DNA of 64,000 bases, taken from positions 1,984,001-2,048,000 of the forward strand of contig AP024665.1 in assembly GCA_024346625.1 (NCBI GenBank), in the 5' to 3' direction. The notes under the pieces were generated by a model. It was not told the DNA's origin. It saw only the letters and a list, made by a program, of their open reading frames with translations, and did no database searches. This stretch comes from Williopsis jadinii. Taxonomy: Eukaryota. This document shows, piece by piece, positions 46,238 through 56,246 of the stretch. How positions within the stretch are numbered: position 1 is the first letter of the stretch; each line of letters begins with the position of its first letter. The translations under genes and the position numbers were made by a program.

Positions 46238-47647
46238 CTACTGCTTCCTCAAATCAACACATTCGAATGGTAGGCCATCTTTTGTAATGACATGGCCAGC
46301 ATGCTGTTTTCTATCACATGTCGTGTACAATCCATGCTCGTCATGTGGATGGAATCCTGCTCTATTGCACTTGCTTATGATGTTCATACCTGTCGGGTCT
46401 GTTAGTCTGAAGATCCCCAGATTTGGTGTCTTTGAGGGAGAGCACACCATGGCAATGGCCTCAGGGAGCATGATTTGATAGGCATTATGAGTGTGCAGGT
46501 CGATAGAGCTTAGAAAGCATGATTGTGTTGGGTGAGTATGGATCCACCCCAATACAAATAGGTTCTTAGAATCAATGTATTCAAACATGGTCTCCTCATC
46601 CTTTGTCTGGCATGTATTTTCCGTAGATTCCTGCTGGGGGATGACCAAAGTGGTGATGAAGAAGGCATCAAGGCTGAGTTTGCCACACAGTATGCCACAT
46701 GTTTCTAACTTGTTCTGAGTGTTTGGCATTGCAGTGTCCAGGAACTTGGATTCCAGACTCAATGGCAGGAAGATTGTCTTTAAAGGCTTCCCTCCTTCTG
46801 TCTTTGCCAGCGACTTGTGGGTCCGTGGCTCCACAGCCGTTGACTCAGACAGCTTTGGAGGGATCGGTGGATGGCTCTCATCAGCAATTATAGCTGGCTT
46901 CGGAGGCAATGACGGTGGATCAACGTGTACCTCTCTCTGATGGCTGGTCCACTTCTGCTGCTGATGAACCAGATGTGGAAGCTCAGGGTACGATGCCTGC
47001 GACTGATGGTCCACGGCATTGGTAACAGCTGCTCTGAACCTCCTCAAGTGTTCATCGAACTTCGAATCGTCAAATTCCGGGCTCGTTGACCTCAGTTCAG
47101 CCCGGTCATCACCACTGCTACTCTCGTGCTGTTGTCTCTTCTCTTCATCAGCCACTCTCTGTGCTGTCAACGCCTCTTCCCTCCTGTGAATGTCGTCCAG
47201 CATCTTCTTTCGATCATCATACGCTCTCAATTTCTCCTCAATCCTCGCCTTCACCTCCTCAACAGCTTCAAACACACCTGGTGCCTTCTCCTTCACCAGC
47301 TTGAGGTAGCTCTTGTGCATCGCAGCATCTCTCTTCACACCTGGATGCCCTGCCAGCTTATTCATCAGCAGATCGAGGAACCGGATGTACAGAACATACG
47401 CGTCTTCGTACGAGTGGGCACTTCTATACAGGTCTGCCTAGTCACCGTCACGGTTAGCGTGGTGTTTGTTAGTGCCAGGTCATTGGTTTACGTCCCACTG
47501 AGGCCCTCCACGGGGATTAATACATCCACATACGTGCCGACACAGGCTCATCGCAGTGCCTAAGTACAGCTTTGGAGAGACATCATGTGAGAACTCGTAG
47601 TTATGAGCCTCTCCAGCAAGTTGTTTGATGCTCTTTGGTGGGTCCAT
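46238..47647 (-). CDS. AMSH-like JAMM deubiquitinase (Rfu1 orthologous position); exons 47647-47534 and 47437-46238
   Basis: Exon 1 MDPPKSIKQLAGEAHNYEF...LCRH, intron GTATGT...GCTAAC...TAG (47533-47438), exon 2 ADLYRSAHSYEDAYVLYIRF (MIT/USP8-dimer-like). JAMM motifs ETCGILCG and GWIHTHPTQSCFLSSIDLH are intact. Confidence 0.9.
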
Positions 47648-47833
47648 GGGGGTGATTTTGCCGTGCTGAGCTACGCTGTGCTGTGCTATGCTGTGCTGTG
47701 CTGAGCTCTCCGGCCTGGAAGATGTGGCCGCCTGGCCTGTATGCGGTTTTCTCGCCGGGGGGGGGGGGCTTTTGCCTGCTACCACATTATCGCTCTTTAC
47801 CGTGGTTTGACACATATCAATTGGCTCCATATC

Positions 47834-48739
47834 ATGAGGTTGAAGCTACAGAGCAGCACCAGGCAGAGCATCGTCACTGTTGACGACGACGCTAACGTGG
47901 CTGGCCTGCTGGAAGTGCTCAAGGAGCAGGGATACGGTGATGTGAGGATCAAAATTGGGTTCCCACCAAGAGCAGTGAGCGTGGCTGACGGGAATGCGAG
48001 ACTGAAAGATGTTGGCATCCACAACGGGGAGAAGTTGGTGCTAGAGGAGCCCTCGGTGAGTCCAATTGTGCCAATTGAACAGGATGATACGCCACGAAGC
48101 TCAACTCCCCATGTGGGAGTTGAGGATGGGTACTGTGTGCTGAGAAGAGTCCCTGATGATAACTCGTGCCTGTTCAGGTCGATATCGTATGCTGTGTTTG
48201 CGAACCTGGAGGAGGGCTCTCAACTACGCTCTGTTGTTGCCGATGCCATACGGGACGATGAGGTGTTCTATTCCAGTGCCATTCTCGGCAAGGAGCCGTC
48301 CTCGTACGCCGAGTGGATCCAGAGGCCAAATAGCTGGGGTGGTGCTATCGAACTTCAGATACTCGCAAAGCATCTGGGGATCACAATACACTCACTTGAT
48401 GTTGAGCATGGCCGTATTGACGACTTCAATCCAGGCTGCTCAACGTTCATCGTGCTACTGTACAGTGGGATCCACTATGACACAGCTGCGTTCACTCCAC
48501 TGAGGGACATCGATTGTAAAGACTTGGATGTCTGTGTCTTCACCAGGGAGAGTGAGCTAGGTAGGGCCTTTATCAAAGGTTTGAGGGAACTGGGGGCTCA
48601 GCTGAATCACAAAGGTTACGTTACAAACACCTCTACTTTCAAGATCAAGTGCAACGACTGTGGCACGGTTCTACACGGAGAACGTGATGCTAGTGAGCAT
48701 GCGTCTACACATGGCCATTATAACTTTGGGGAAGTGTAA
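47834..48739 (+). CDS. OTU1: OTU-family deubiquitinase Otu1 (UBX-like, OTU, C2H2 finger)
   Basis: ATG 47834 MRLKLQ; VPDDNSCLFRS, WGGAIEL, YSGIHYD and CNDCG...HASTHGH. Confidence 0.93.
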   Translation: MRLKLQSSTRQSIVTVDDDANVAGLLEVLKEQGYGDVRIKIGFPPRAVSVADGNARLKDVGIHNGEKLVLEEPSVSPIVPIEQDDTPRSSTPHVGVEDGYCVLRRVPDDNSCLFRSISYAVFANLEEGSQLRSVVADAIRDDEVFYSSAILGKEPSSYAEWIQRPNSWGGAIELQILAKHLGITIHSLDVEHGRIDDFNPGCSTFIVLLYSGIHYDTAAFTPLRDIDCKDLDVCVFTRESELGRAFIKGLRELGAQLNHKGYVTNTSTFKIKCNDCGTVLHGERDASEHASTHGHYNFGEV

Positions 48740-48909
48740 CCACCCATTTTATACCATATACTTGAGAGAAATGAATCAAAACAAACCACACACACACAAA
48801 CTAAGAAAGCAACATTCACTATTAAAACCCAAAACCCACGTAATAACTGGAAACTAGAGAGTTGATACTGCAATTCTACTTATATATGCACCCTCCCTGC
48901 CTCCTCCGT

Positions 48910-49371
48910 TCAATCAGCCATCACCACTTCCTTCTCCTCGAGTGCTTCCTCGCTCGTCGACTCCAGCATGATCCCCTTCGGGTTGTTGGTCTCCACCAGC
49001 TCCGTCAGCTCCTGCTTGTGCTCCTGCTCCATTGCCTGTCTCTGCTTGGCCTTCTCCACACTCTCCAAGAACTTGTTCAGGTTCAGCCCGGAGGCAGCTT
49101 CACTCTCCAGCGGAGTATACGGCTTAAACTTCAGCTCCTTGAGTCTTCTCTTGTGCACCTTCGACTTGTAGTGGCCTCGTATCGCATGCTCGTTCTCGAA
49201 ATGCTTAGCACAGTGGATGCAGTAGAACTGACCCATGCCAGGCTTGGTCTCATCGAGTTCCTGGTTCTTGAGCTTCATGATCGACTCGCGCGAGCTCAGG
49301 TCGTCGTAGATGAGGTCCAGGTCCCTCGTTCTTCTCTTGGTCTTGTATCTCTTCACGGAGTATCTTCCCAT
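48910..49371 (-). CDS. BUD20: Pre-60S zinc-finger export factor Bud20
   Basis: MGRYSVKRYKTKRRTRDLDLIY...GMGQFYCIHCAKHFE...HKRR. Confidence 0.95.
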   Translation of the reverse strand: MGRYSVKRYKTKRRTRDLDLIYDDLSSRESIMKLKNQELDETKPGMGQFYCIHCAKHFENEHAIRGHYKSKVHKRRLKELKFKPYTPLESEAASGLNLNKFLESVEKAKQRQAMEQEHKQELTELVETNNPKGIMLESTSEEALEEKEVVMAD

Positions 49372-49463
49372 TGTTGCACCTTCTGATTCCTCAGTCACAG
49401 CGATGACACACCAGCGATTGTACGACAGAGATTGAAGATATGTCTCATAGGGCCTGGAACCTA

Positions 49464-49496
49464 TGAAATAATTTTTTTAAGGTTATATGCGATGAG
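49464..49496. promoter_or_regulatory. RRPE-like and PAC elements in the BUD20/RPL10 divergent promoter
   Basis: TGAAATAATTTTTTT (49464) and GCGATGAG (49489), typical ribosome-biogenesis promoter motifs. Confidence 0.6.
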
Positions 49497-49833
49497 CTTG
49501 TTGACTTCCGAATGCGGAAGTGCTGGCTATAACCCCTCTCCATTACAGAGCCCCGGGTGCTGGTTATGAGCGCCGTGCCGGTGTCACCCACACACCACTA
49601 ACACCCGCACACCACACACTCCCGAGCGACGCACACCGCGCGTTTTCAGCAGTCACAAATCCACACACACCCAAACACCACACGCCACACACTCCGCGCC
49701 AGCTTTGATTTCTAAGCACACAGTGAAAAATGCAGCGTCACCCCCCTAGGTGGAAAAAAAAGGCATTCATCATCTCCATCTTCCTTTGCCATCCATATAC
49801 CTTTAGAAAACATCTTCAAGATATACATTCAAG

Positions 49834-50496
49834 ATGGCTCGTCGTCCAGCTAGATGTTACAGATACCAAAAGAACAAGCCTTACCCAAAGTCCAGATACA
49901 ACAGAGCTGTTCCAGACTCTAAGATCCGTATCTACGACTTGGGTAGAAAGAAGGCCTCCGTCGATGACTTCCCATTGTGTATCCACTTGGTTTCCAACGA
50001 GTTGGAGCAACTTTCCTCCGAGGCTTTGGAGGCTGCTCGTATCTGTGCCAACAAGTACATCACCAAGATCTCTGGTCGTGACGCTTTCCACTTGAGAGTC
50101 CGTGTCCACCCATTCCACGTTTTGAGAATCAACAAGATGTTGTCCTGTGCCGGTGCCGATAGATTGCAACAAGGTATGAGAGGTGCCTGGGGTAAGCCAC
50201 ACGGTCTTGCTGCCCGTGTTGACATTGGCCAGATCATCTTCTCTGTCAGAACCAAGGACGCCAACAAGGAGGTTGCCATCGAGGGTTTGAGAAGAGCTAG
50301 ATACAAATTCCCAGGTCAACAGAAGATCATCATCTCCAAGAAGTGGGGTTTCACCAACTTGGACAGAGCTGAGTACGTCAGAAGAAAAGAGCTCGGTGAG
50401 GTCAAGGACGATGGTGCCTTTGTCAAGTTCTTGTCTAAGAAGGGTCCATTGGAGGAGAACTTGAGACAGTTCCCAAACTACCAGTTCCAAGCTTAA
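49834..50496 (+). CDS. RPL10: 60S ribosomal protein uL16/L10
   Basis: [24 protein letters not shown]...; strong codon bias. Confidence 0.99.
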   Translation: MARRPARCYRYQKNKPYPKSRYNRAVPDSKIRIYDLGRKKASVDDFPLCIHLVSNELEQLSSEALEAARICANKYITKISGRDAFHLRVRVHPFHVLRINKMLSCAGADRLQQGMRGAWGKPHGLAARVDIGQIIFSVRTKDANKEVAIEGLRRARYKFPGQQKIIISKKWGFTNLDRAEYVRRKELGEVKDDGAFVKFLSKKGPLEENLRQFPNYQFQA

Positions 50497-50763
50497 ATTA
50501 AGTAATATGTTTGAAAACGGCGTGATGTTCTTGAATATTCTCTCTCTGTAGCGTATCTCCAAGTGCTTTAATCCTCCATTGTAGCAGTTGCTAGAGGCAA
50601 ATGGGCACGGTTGTGGTCACTACAGCAACCACAACCGTGGTTTTTCCGTGACGCGTCGCAGCACCAACGACCCACATGCCGGAAAAATTTCACACATCTT
50701 CCCCTTCCTCCTCCAACTACGTGTCCTTCTCCCTCTGCTCAAGTTTAGAGAACACAACACAGC

Positions 50764-51516
50764 ATGTCCTTCTCCCACAAGCAGAACCCTAAGACCCTTG
50801 TCCTCTTCGACGTTGACGGTACCCTCACCCCTGCGAGACTCACGATCTCGCCAGAGATGAAGCAGGTGCTGAAGGAGCTCAGGGAGAAAGTCGTCATTGG
50901 CTTTGTCGGTGGTTCTGATTTGCAGAAGCAGGTTGAACAGCTCGGTGACTCTGTGCTGCAAGACTTTGACTACTGCTTCTCTGAGAACGGGCTGACTGCG
51001 TACAAGCTCGGTGAGAAGCTGGCATCGCAGTCCTTCATCAACTGGATTGGCGAGGACAAGTACAACAAGCTTGCCAGATTCATCCTGGGCTACCTGGCGC
51101 AATTGGAGCTTCCAAAGAGACGTGGTACCTTCCTCGAGTTCAGAAACGGTATGATCAACGTGTCGCCAATCGGCAGAAACGCCTCCACCGAGGAGAGAAA
51201 CGAGTTTGAGAAGTTTGACCTCGAGAACAAGATCAGGGAGAAATTCGTCCAGGTGTTGAAGGACGAGTTCCCGGACTACGGGCTCACCTACTCCATTGGT
51301 GGCCAGATCTCCTTCGACGTGTTCCCAACAGGCTGGGACAAGACGTATGCCCTGCAACACGTTGAGAAGGAGGGATTCACCGAGATCCACTTCTTTGGCG
51401 ACAAGTCCTACAAGGGAGGAAACGACTACGAGATCTACACCGACCCGAGAACCATCGGCCACGCCGTCAACTCCCCGGACGACACCATCAGAATCCTCAA
51501 GGAGCTCTTCTTTTAG
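50764..51516 (+). CDS. SEC53: Phosphomannomutase
   Basis: HAD motif [23 protein letters not shown] and [15 protein letters not shown]. Confidence 0.97.
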   Translation: MSFSHKQNPKTLVLFDVDGTLTPARLTISPEMKQVLKELREKVVIGFVGGSDLQKQVEQLGDSVLQDFDYCFSENGLTAYKLGEKLASQSFINWIGEDKYNKLARFILGYLAQLELPKRRGTFLEFRNGMINVSPIGRNASTEERNEFEKFDLENKIREKFVQVLKDEFPDYGLTYSIGGQISFDVFPTGWDKTYALQHVEKEGFTEIHFFGDKSYKGGNDYEIYTDPRTIGHAVNSPDDTIRILKELFF

Positions 51517-51556
51517 ATACGTAACACCGTAATTGAACGTGGCGTGTCCGCCTCCT

Positions 51557-52135
51557 CTACGTCAGTAGTCTAACGTACGCCAGCACCAGCGCAAACGTAC
51601 CAGTGCACACCCCAATCAACCACTGCATCACCTGGGTCTTGACAGCATCGATTTGCATCTTCATGTTGGCCACCTCCTGGTCGATCCGCGTGTCGATGTC
51701 GCTGATGTGGAGCTCGTGCTGCGCTCCTTCCTCCCGGATACGGCCCTTCTCCAGGTTCAGGTCCAGTCTCACCCCGGCGTTGGCCTTGGTGATCTCCTCA
51801 CGCAGCCGGGTCTTCATCCTCTCCAGCTCCAGCTTCAGCTTCTCGGTATCGTGCTGTATTGCGCTGAACTCTGACTTATCCGTGGTTTGAAGCTCACCGC
51901 GCAACTTGGTGAAGTCCACTTTATGCTGGTATGTCATCCGATTCAAAGTCTCTTTACTTACAAGATTCCCTTGTATGGACCCCACGCCGTCAGCCAGCGC
52001 CGCCGCCACGATGTTGACGATGCCCTCGCTCTGCGCCTTGGAGAAGCCGCTGTGCTGGAGGTCGACGACGAAGCGGCGGGTGTCGAAGTGCGAAGCCGCG
52101 GCCCTGGTGGTGTGGAACAGTCTGAGCGCGCGCAT
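51557..52135 (-). CDS. FMP32: Mitochondrial CCDC90/MCUR1-family protein Fmp32
   Basis: ATG 52135 MRALRLFHTT (presequence); HFDTRRFV, GVRLDLNLEKGRIRE and a C-terminal TM. Adjacent to SEC53 as in S. cerevisiae. Confidence 0.88.
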   Translation of the reverse strand: MRALRLFHTTRAAASHFDTRRFVVDLQHSGFSKAQSEGIVNIVAAALADGVGSIQGNLVSKETLNRMTYQHKVDFTKLRGELQTTDKSEFSAIQHDTEKLKLELERMKTRLREEITKANAGVRLDLNLEKGRIREEGAQHELHISDIDTRIDQEVANMKMQIDAVKTQVMQWLIGVCTGTFALVLAYVRLLT

Positions 52136-52304
52136 TGTTGATGTTGATGTTGATGTTGTTGATGTTGTTGTTGGTAATCCTCGCTGTTTCATTGGGTTGC
52201 GAACATATGCGCTTGTTGCCCTCGAAACGCGACAAATTTTTCTACGCTGTTGATGCTTCATCACCACGGAAGGCGTGCGCAACAAGGAGGCAAGGCACTG
52301 GCGA

Positions 52305-54173
52305 ATGGTGGCGATGCTTGTAAGAGGTGCTCGTGATACTGTGCTGGTGGCAGCACAGCGAATGTCAGCGCAGCGAGTGGGAGCACAGCGTCGCTGGCTC
52401 TCACAGGCGGTGGCTGCGAGATCCAAGAGGAGGCTCACGGAGTACGAGTACGACGACGCTGAGATGCTGAGGTCGAGACTGGACACGGAGCCCTACTACG
52501 CGAAGAGAGACAAGGAGCAGCAGAGGGACCAGGACCCAGGGTACGACGACGAAGCACAGGGTGCCTCGTCGCCGGATGAGCTCAGGAGGTTCCGTCGGAT
52601 CGAGATCATCAAGGGCCTGGCTGCTGGTGTTGCCACTATTGGTGGGCTGATGGGCGGCTACTCGCTGTACGCCAACTGGCCTAGGCTACAGGCCTGGTGG
52701 TACAACACTGGCGAGCTGGGCTTTGACAGCGGCGAGCCCGGCAAGAAGAGGAAGAGAGGTGTTGAGCTGCCCGTGCTGACCAACCAGAACGACTCGTCCG
52801 TGCCAGGGTTGTACCTGTGGGGCGATAACACGGAGTACATCACGTCGATGAACAAGAACGCTGTTGATGTCCGTTTCCCGATGAGACACGACTGGTTTGA
52901 TGGGAAGTACCTGAGCTGCGTGGAGCTGGGAGACACGAGTGCTTTGGCCATTGATACTCACGGTGATTTGATTCAGTGGGGGAGAGGGTTCAACGGCGGC
53001 TCCACGCCAGAGGTCACCATCAGAGGCGAAGGCTTGAGGTCAGCAAAGTTCTCCAATGGCATCATCTATGCCCTGAACAAGCACAACGAAGTGTTGATAA
53101 TCCCGGAAAGCAAGGAGAACCAGGCGTCGCTGGCTGGATTGCAGAGCCGCAACTGGCTGCTACAGAAGGTTGAAAAGCCCTTCACCAAGCTGTCGCTGAC
53201 TGGCTTCGACAAAGGCGAGACTGTTCGATCCTTTGATGTTGGCAAGTCGCACCTGGTGCTGATCACTGATAAAGGTAGGGCCTTCACTTGCGCTACAGGG
53301 TTCGAACAGCTGTCCAAGTCCTTTGGACAGTTTGGCATACCGCAGTTCTCCCACCTCAAGACTCCTCCAAAGCCAAACAAGCTGTACGAGATTGTGCTTT
53401 TGAACCAAGTCGTTCACTACAACTCGAAGAATAAGATTGATCATGTTGAGAACAGGGTCATTGAGAAGGTTGCGTGCGGTAATAACCATACGATGGCGCT
53501 GGACTCAAATGGCGAGCTCTTCACCTTTGGCCAAAACACATATGGCCAGCTGGCACACCCTGTGAGCTATGAGACAGAGCACATCTCGTACCCGAAGAAA
53601 GTTGACATCCTGAACAAACACGTCAAGAGAGCCATGTTCCCGGAGGTGCTGGACATACACGCTGGTGGCGATACGAGCTTCTGTGAGGTCAAGCCGGTTC
53701 ACATGTACCAGCTGGTGAAGGGCTCAACATCGCAGAGGCCTCAGGTGGATGACGAGTCCTTCGTCGTTGGCTTTGGCACCGCATTGAAGGGCCAGATCGG
53801 TAACGGGCTCTTCATCCATGCACAATTCGACCCTGTCAGGCTTAAGGAGCTGGAGAAGTTCCAGGACTTCAACGAGGCAACTGGTGAAATGGACCGTATC
53901 CACATCAAAGAATGGAGCTCTGGTGAAGAGCACAGCTTTGTCAAGTTGGATAACAGTGATGTCCTGTACTGGGGAGCTAATGACTATGGCCAATTGGGCA
54001 CTGGTAAGAAGAACAGGATCCCCAAACCAACCTCTCCGCCTTCACTGATTGAGCCTTCGTTCACAGCAGACACCTACAAGGATCTAACCTTTGCCAACAG
54101 GCTACAACTTTCAGAGAACCAGCATATAGTTGCCGGAGCCAAGGCCAGTGCCATTTATTACACACCAAAATAG
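52305..54173 (+). CDS. FMP25: Mitochondrial RCC1-repeat complex III assembly factor Fmp25/Bca1
   Basis: Presequence, TM segment and RCC1 repeats (ACGNNHTMAL...FGQNTYGQL; WGANDYGQLG). Adjacent to BOS1 as in S. cerevisiae. The start could be 52314. Confidence 0.85.
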   Translation: MVAMLVRGARDTVLVAAQRMSAQRVGAQRRWLSQAVAARSKRRLTEYEYDDAEMLRSRLDTEPYYAKRDKEQQRDQDPGYDDEAQGASSPDELRRFRRIEIIKGLAAGVATIGGLMGGYSLYANWPRLQAWWYNTGELGFDSGEPGKKRKRGVELPVLTNQNDSSVPGLYLWGDNTEYITSMNKNAVDVRFPMRHDWFDGKYLSCVELGDTSALAIDTHGDLIQWGRGFNGGSTPEVTIRGEGLRSAKFSNGIIYALNKHNEVLIIPESKENQASLAGLQSRNWLLQKVEKPFTKLSLTGFDKGETVRSFDVGKSHLVLITDKGRAFTCATGFEQLSKSFGQFGIPQFSHLKTPPKPNKLYEIVLLNQVVHYNSKNKIDHVENRVIEKVACGNNHTMALDSNGELFTFGQNTYGQLAHPVSYETEHISYPKKVDILNKHVKRAMFPEVLDIHAGGDTSFCEVKPVHMYQLVKGSTSQRPQVDDESFVVGFGTALKGQIGNGLFIHAQFDPVRLKELEKFQDFNEATGEMDRIHIKEWSSGEEHSFVKLDNSDVLYWGANDYGQLGTGKKNRIPKPTSPPSLIEPSFTADTYKDLTFANRLQLSENQHIVAGAKASAIYYTPK

Positions 54174-54222
54174 GCATATACACACCAAAATAGGCATCTT
54201 TGTAAATAGATACAACATCGTT

Positions 54223-54969
54223 TCAACCAAACCACTTGTAGAAGTAATAGCACAAGACAAAGAATACAATCAGACACCCCCAGAAGACAAACTTATCCTC
54301 CTTTGCTCGTCTCTCTACAAGTCTTATGGTCTCTTGCGAGACCCCCAGCGTGCCCAGCGTGCCCGTTAGCTTCTGTCCAATTTGCTGGATGGTTCTGTTC
54401 GAAGACACCAGCTCGTCAAAGGCCTCCCTGCCCATTTCCAGTATGTCGTCCAACTGGGCATTGCCTCTTGCGAGGATATCGGTTTCCTTGTGTAGTCCCT
54501 CGGCGTACCCCAGCGATGGTGCCTGCTGCTGCTGTTGCTGGTCCTGTTGCACGCCGTAGGGGTTGTCATTGGCCTGTGGGCGTCGATTCAGCAGCGCACT
54601 TCTGTTCAAAGCCTGTGTCATCTCTTCACGGCTTCTCTTGAGCTCCTGGAGCTTCCTCTTCATCTCCGCACAATCAGTACGGAATTTTGATAATTTCAGC
54701 TCAACTTTGACCTTCTTGTCATCATCGGTCTCCTGCTTGACAAAGCCTTCATACTCGTCGATGGTTCTCGTCAGCTGTGTCAGTCCCGCCGCTATGCTGC
54801 CCTGTAGCGCCAGAGGAGCTGATGCCACGTCCTCCTCGAACTTGGTGAGGTCCTTCCTTATTGTTGCGATCTGTCTGACCGCGTGGTTGTGTATAGCATT
54901 CTGGGCGTGCTGTTAGTCATTGAGCGAGTGCTCTGTGATCGAGTCGGACCCCATGTCCATTCTCACCAT
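54223..54969 (-). CDS. BOS1: ER-Golgi v-SNARE Bos1; exons 54969-54967 (ATG only) and 54900-54223
   Basis: ATG then intron GTGAGA...GACTAAC...CAG (54966-54901), giving MNAIHNHAVRQ...APLALQGSI; SNARE helix and C-terminal TM. Confidence 0.92.
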
Positions 54970-55136
54970 TGTCTCCCCTGTGGTGTGCGTTAGCAGTGCA
55001 AGTTGATGTTTTTTGTTGATACTTGTCAGTATTGCTTAGATGTGAAAGTGAAAAATTTTGCAGACATGATTCGTATCTCCTTCACTTTCACGGGCTCTTT
55101 CTCCAGAAACAGGCCAATTAACACGATTTAGAAAAG

Positions 55137-55920
55137 ATGTCTGATGATGAACTGTAAGTGCTCATCTGATCTGTCCACCGATCTGTGTATTAACGTGTTC
55201 AGCACCCTCTCTGCTAGCACTTTAGCAGCTCTTCTGGAGTTCAAGAAAGAGGAGGAACAGCGTAAGGAAGAGTTCGCCAAGTTGGAACAAGCAGCAGAGA
55301 AACAGTACCAGGACAACTCGCTGGTTGCTGAGAAGGGGATGGACCTGTTCCAGGAGGACTGGCAGCTCTCGCAGTTCTGGTACAGCGACGATACTGCGAA
55401 TTTACTTGCTAGGGAGCTGCTGGAAGGGGCTGATGACGATACAGTCATCTGTATCGTCTCTGCTCCCTCTGTCTACGCTGCAATGAAGAGGATCGAGAAG
55501 GCTGAAGGGAAGCTGCCAACCGAGCACATCTATCTGCTGGAGTTTGACAAGAGATTCGCAGTCCTAGCAGGGGACCACTTTGGCTTCTACGACTATAACT
55601 CGCCTTTGGAACTTCCAGAGGGATTGGCAGGCACCGTGAATCGTCTACTGATTGATCCACCGTTCCTCCAGGACGAGTGCCAGAGGAAGTCGTCCCAAAC
55701 AGCACATGCTCTGTTGCACAAGGACAAGCACTCCAAGACTCGCAACGGAGTGTCCAAGTACCGTCTGATCTCGTGCACTGGTGAACGTATGAAGGACATC
55801 ATCAAAGAGGTGTACCCAGACACCAATCCGACCTCGTTCTTTCCTGAACACGCCAATGGGCTCAGCAACGAGTTCTTCTGCTACGCCTCGTACGAGGGCA
55901 ACAGCTGGAAGTGGGTATAA
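55137..55920 (+). CDS. EFM5: eEF1A lysine methyltransferase Efm5; exons 55137-55153 and 55203-55920
   Basis: MSDDEL split by a 49-nt intron GTAAGT...TATTAAC...CAG; EDWQLSQFWYS, SAPSVY, IDPPFL and HANGLSNEF. Confidence 0.92.
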
Positions 55921-55989
55921 CCGTGTAGAGATGTGAAGAAAGCAAGATTGCTTCTGATTGGCTCAGTGGTTGTAGTAGTAATGGTGGTA

Positions 55990-56194
55990 GCAATGGTTGT
56001 TGTAGTAACGGTTGTTGTAGTAACGGTTGTTGTAGTAACGGTTGTTGTAGTAATGGTTGTTGTAGTAGCAACTGCTTACGTAATATGTCCCGTTTGCTCT
56101 GGCTGTGAAAATTTGATGCTTTGTCCGAGACAAAAGCTCAACAGACAAACGCAGAGATAAACACTCCAAAACACTCCAAAACACTCCAAAACAC
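55990..56194. repeat. Tandem repeats: 15-bp unit GTAACGGTTGTTGTA x5 (55990-56064) and 10-bp ACACTCCAAA x3.4 (56161-56194)
   Basis: Read directly from the sequence; first and last 15-mers are slightly variant. Confidence 0.92.
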
Positions 56195-56246
56195 AGCCGA
56201 TCAGAGCCAACCAGCAAGGGAAACAACGGCTACACAGAGATCACAG

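Noticed and set aside
49816..51462. 248-aa and 280-aa minus-strand ORFs
   Set aside because: Antisense mirrors of RPL10 and SEC53.
52136..52486. 117-codon upstream extension of the FMP32 ORF overlapping FMP25
   Set aside because: Runs through a simple repeat and antisense FMP25; ATG 52135 gives a proper mitochondrial presequence.
55990..56064. Repeat arrays here and at 30400 as possible CRISPR or telomeric arrays
   Set aside because: Units are head-to-tail with no unique spacers, there are no cas genes, and the arrays are short and internal in a eukaryotic genome.
56105..56136. TGCTTTGTCCGAGACAAAA as a CDEIII element
   Set aside because: Poor fit to the CDEIII consensus around CCG, with no CDEI or AT-rich CDEII upstream. 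The adjacent TGAAAATTT is better read as an RRPE-like motif.
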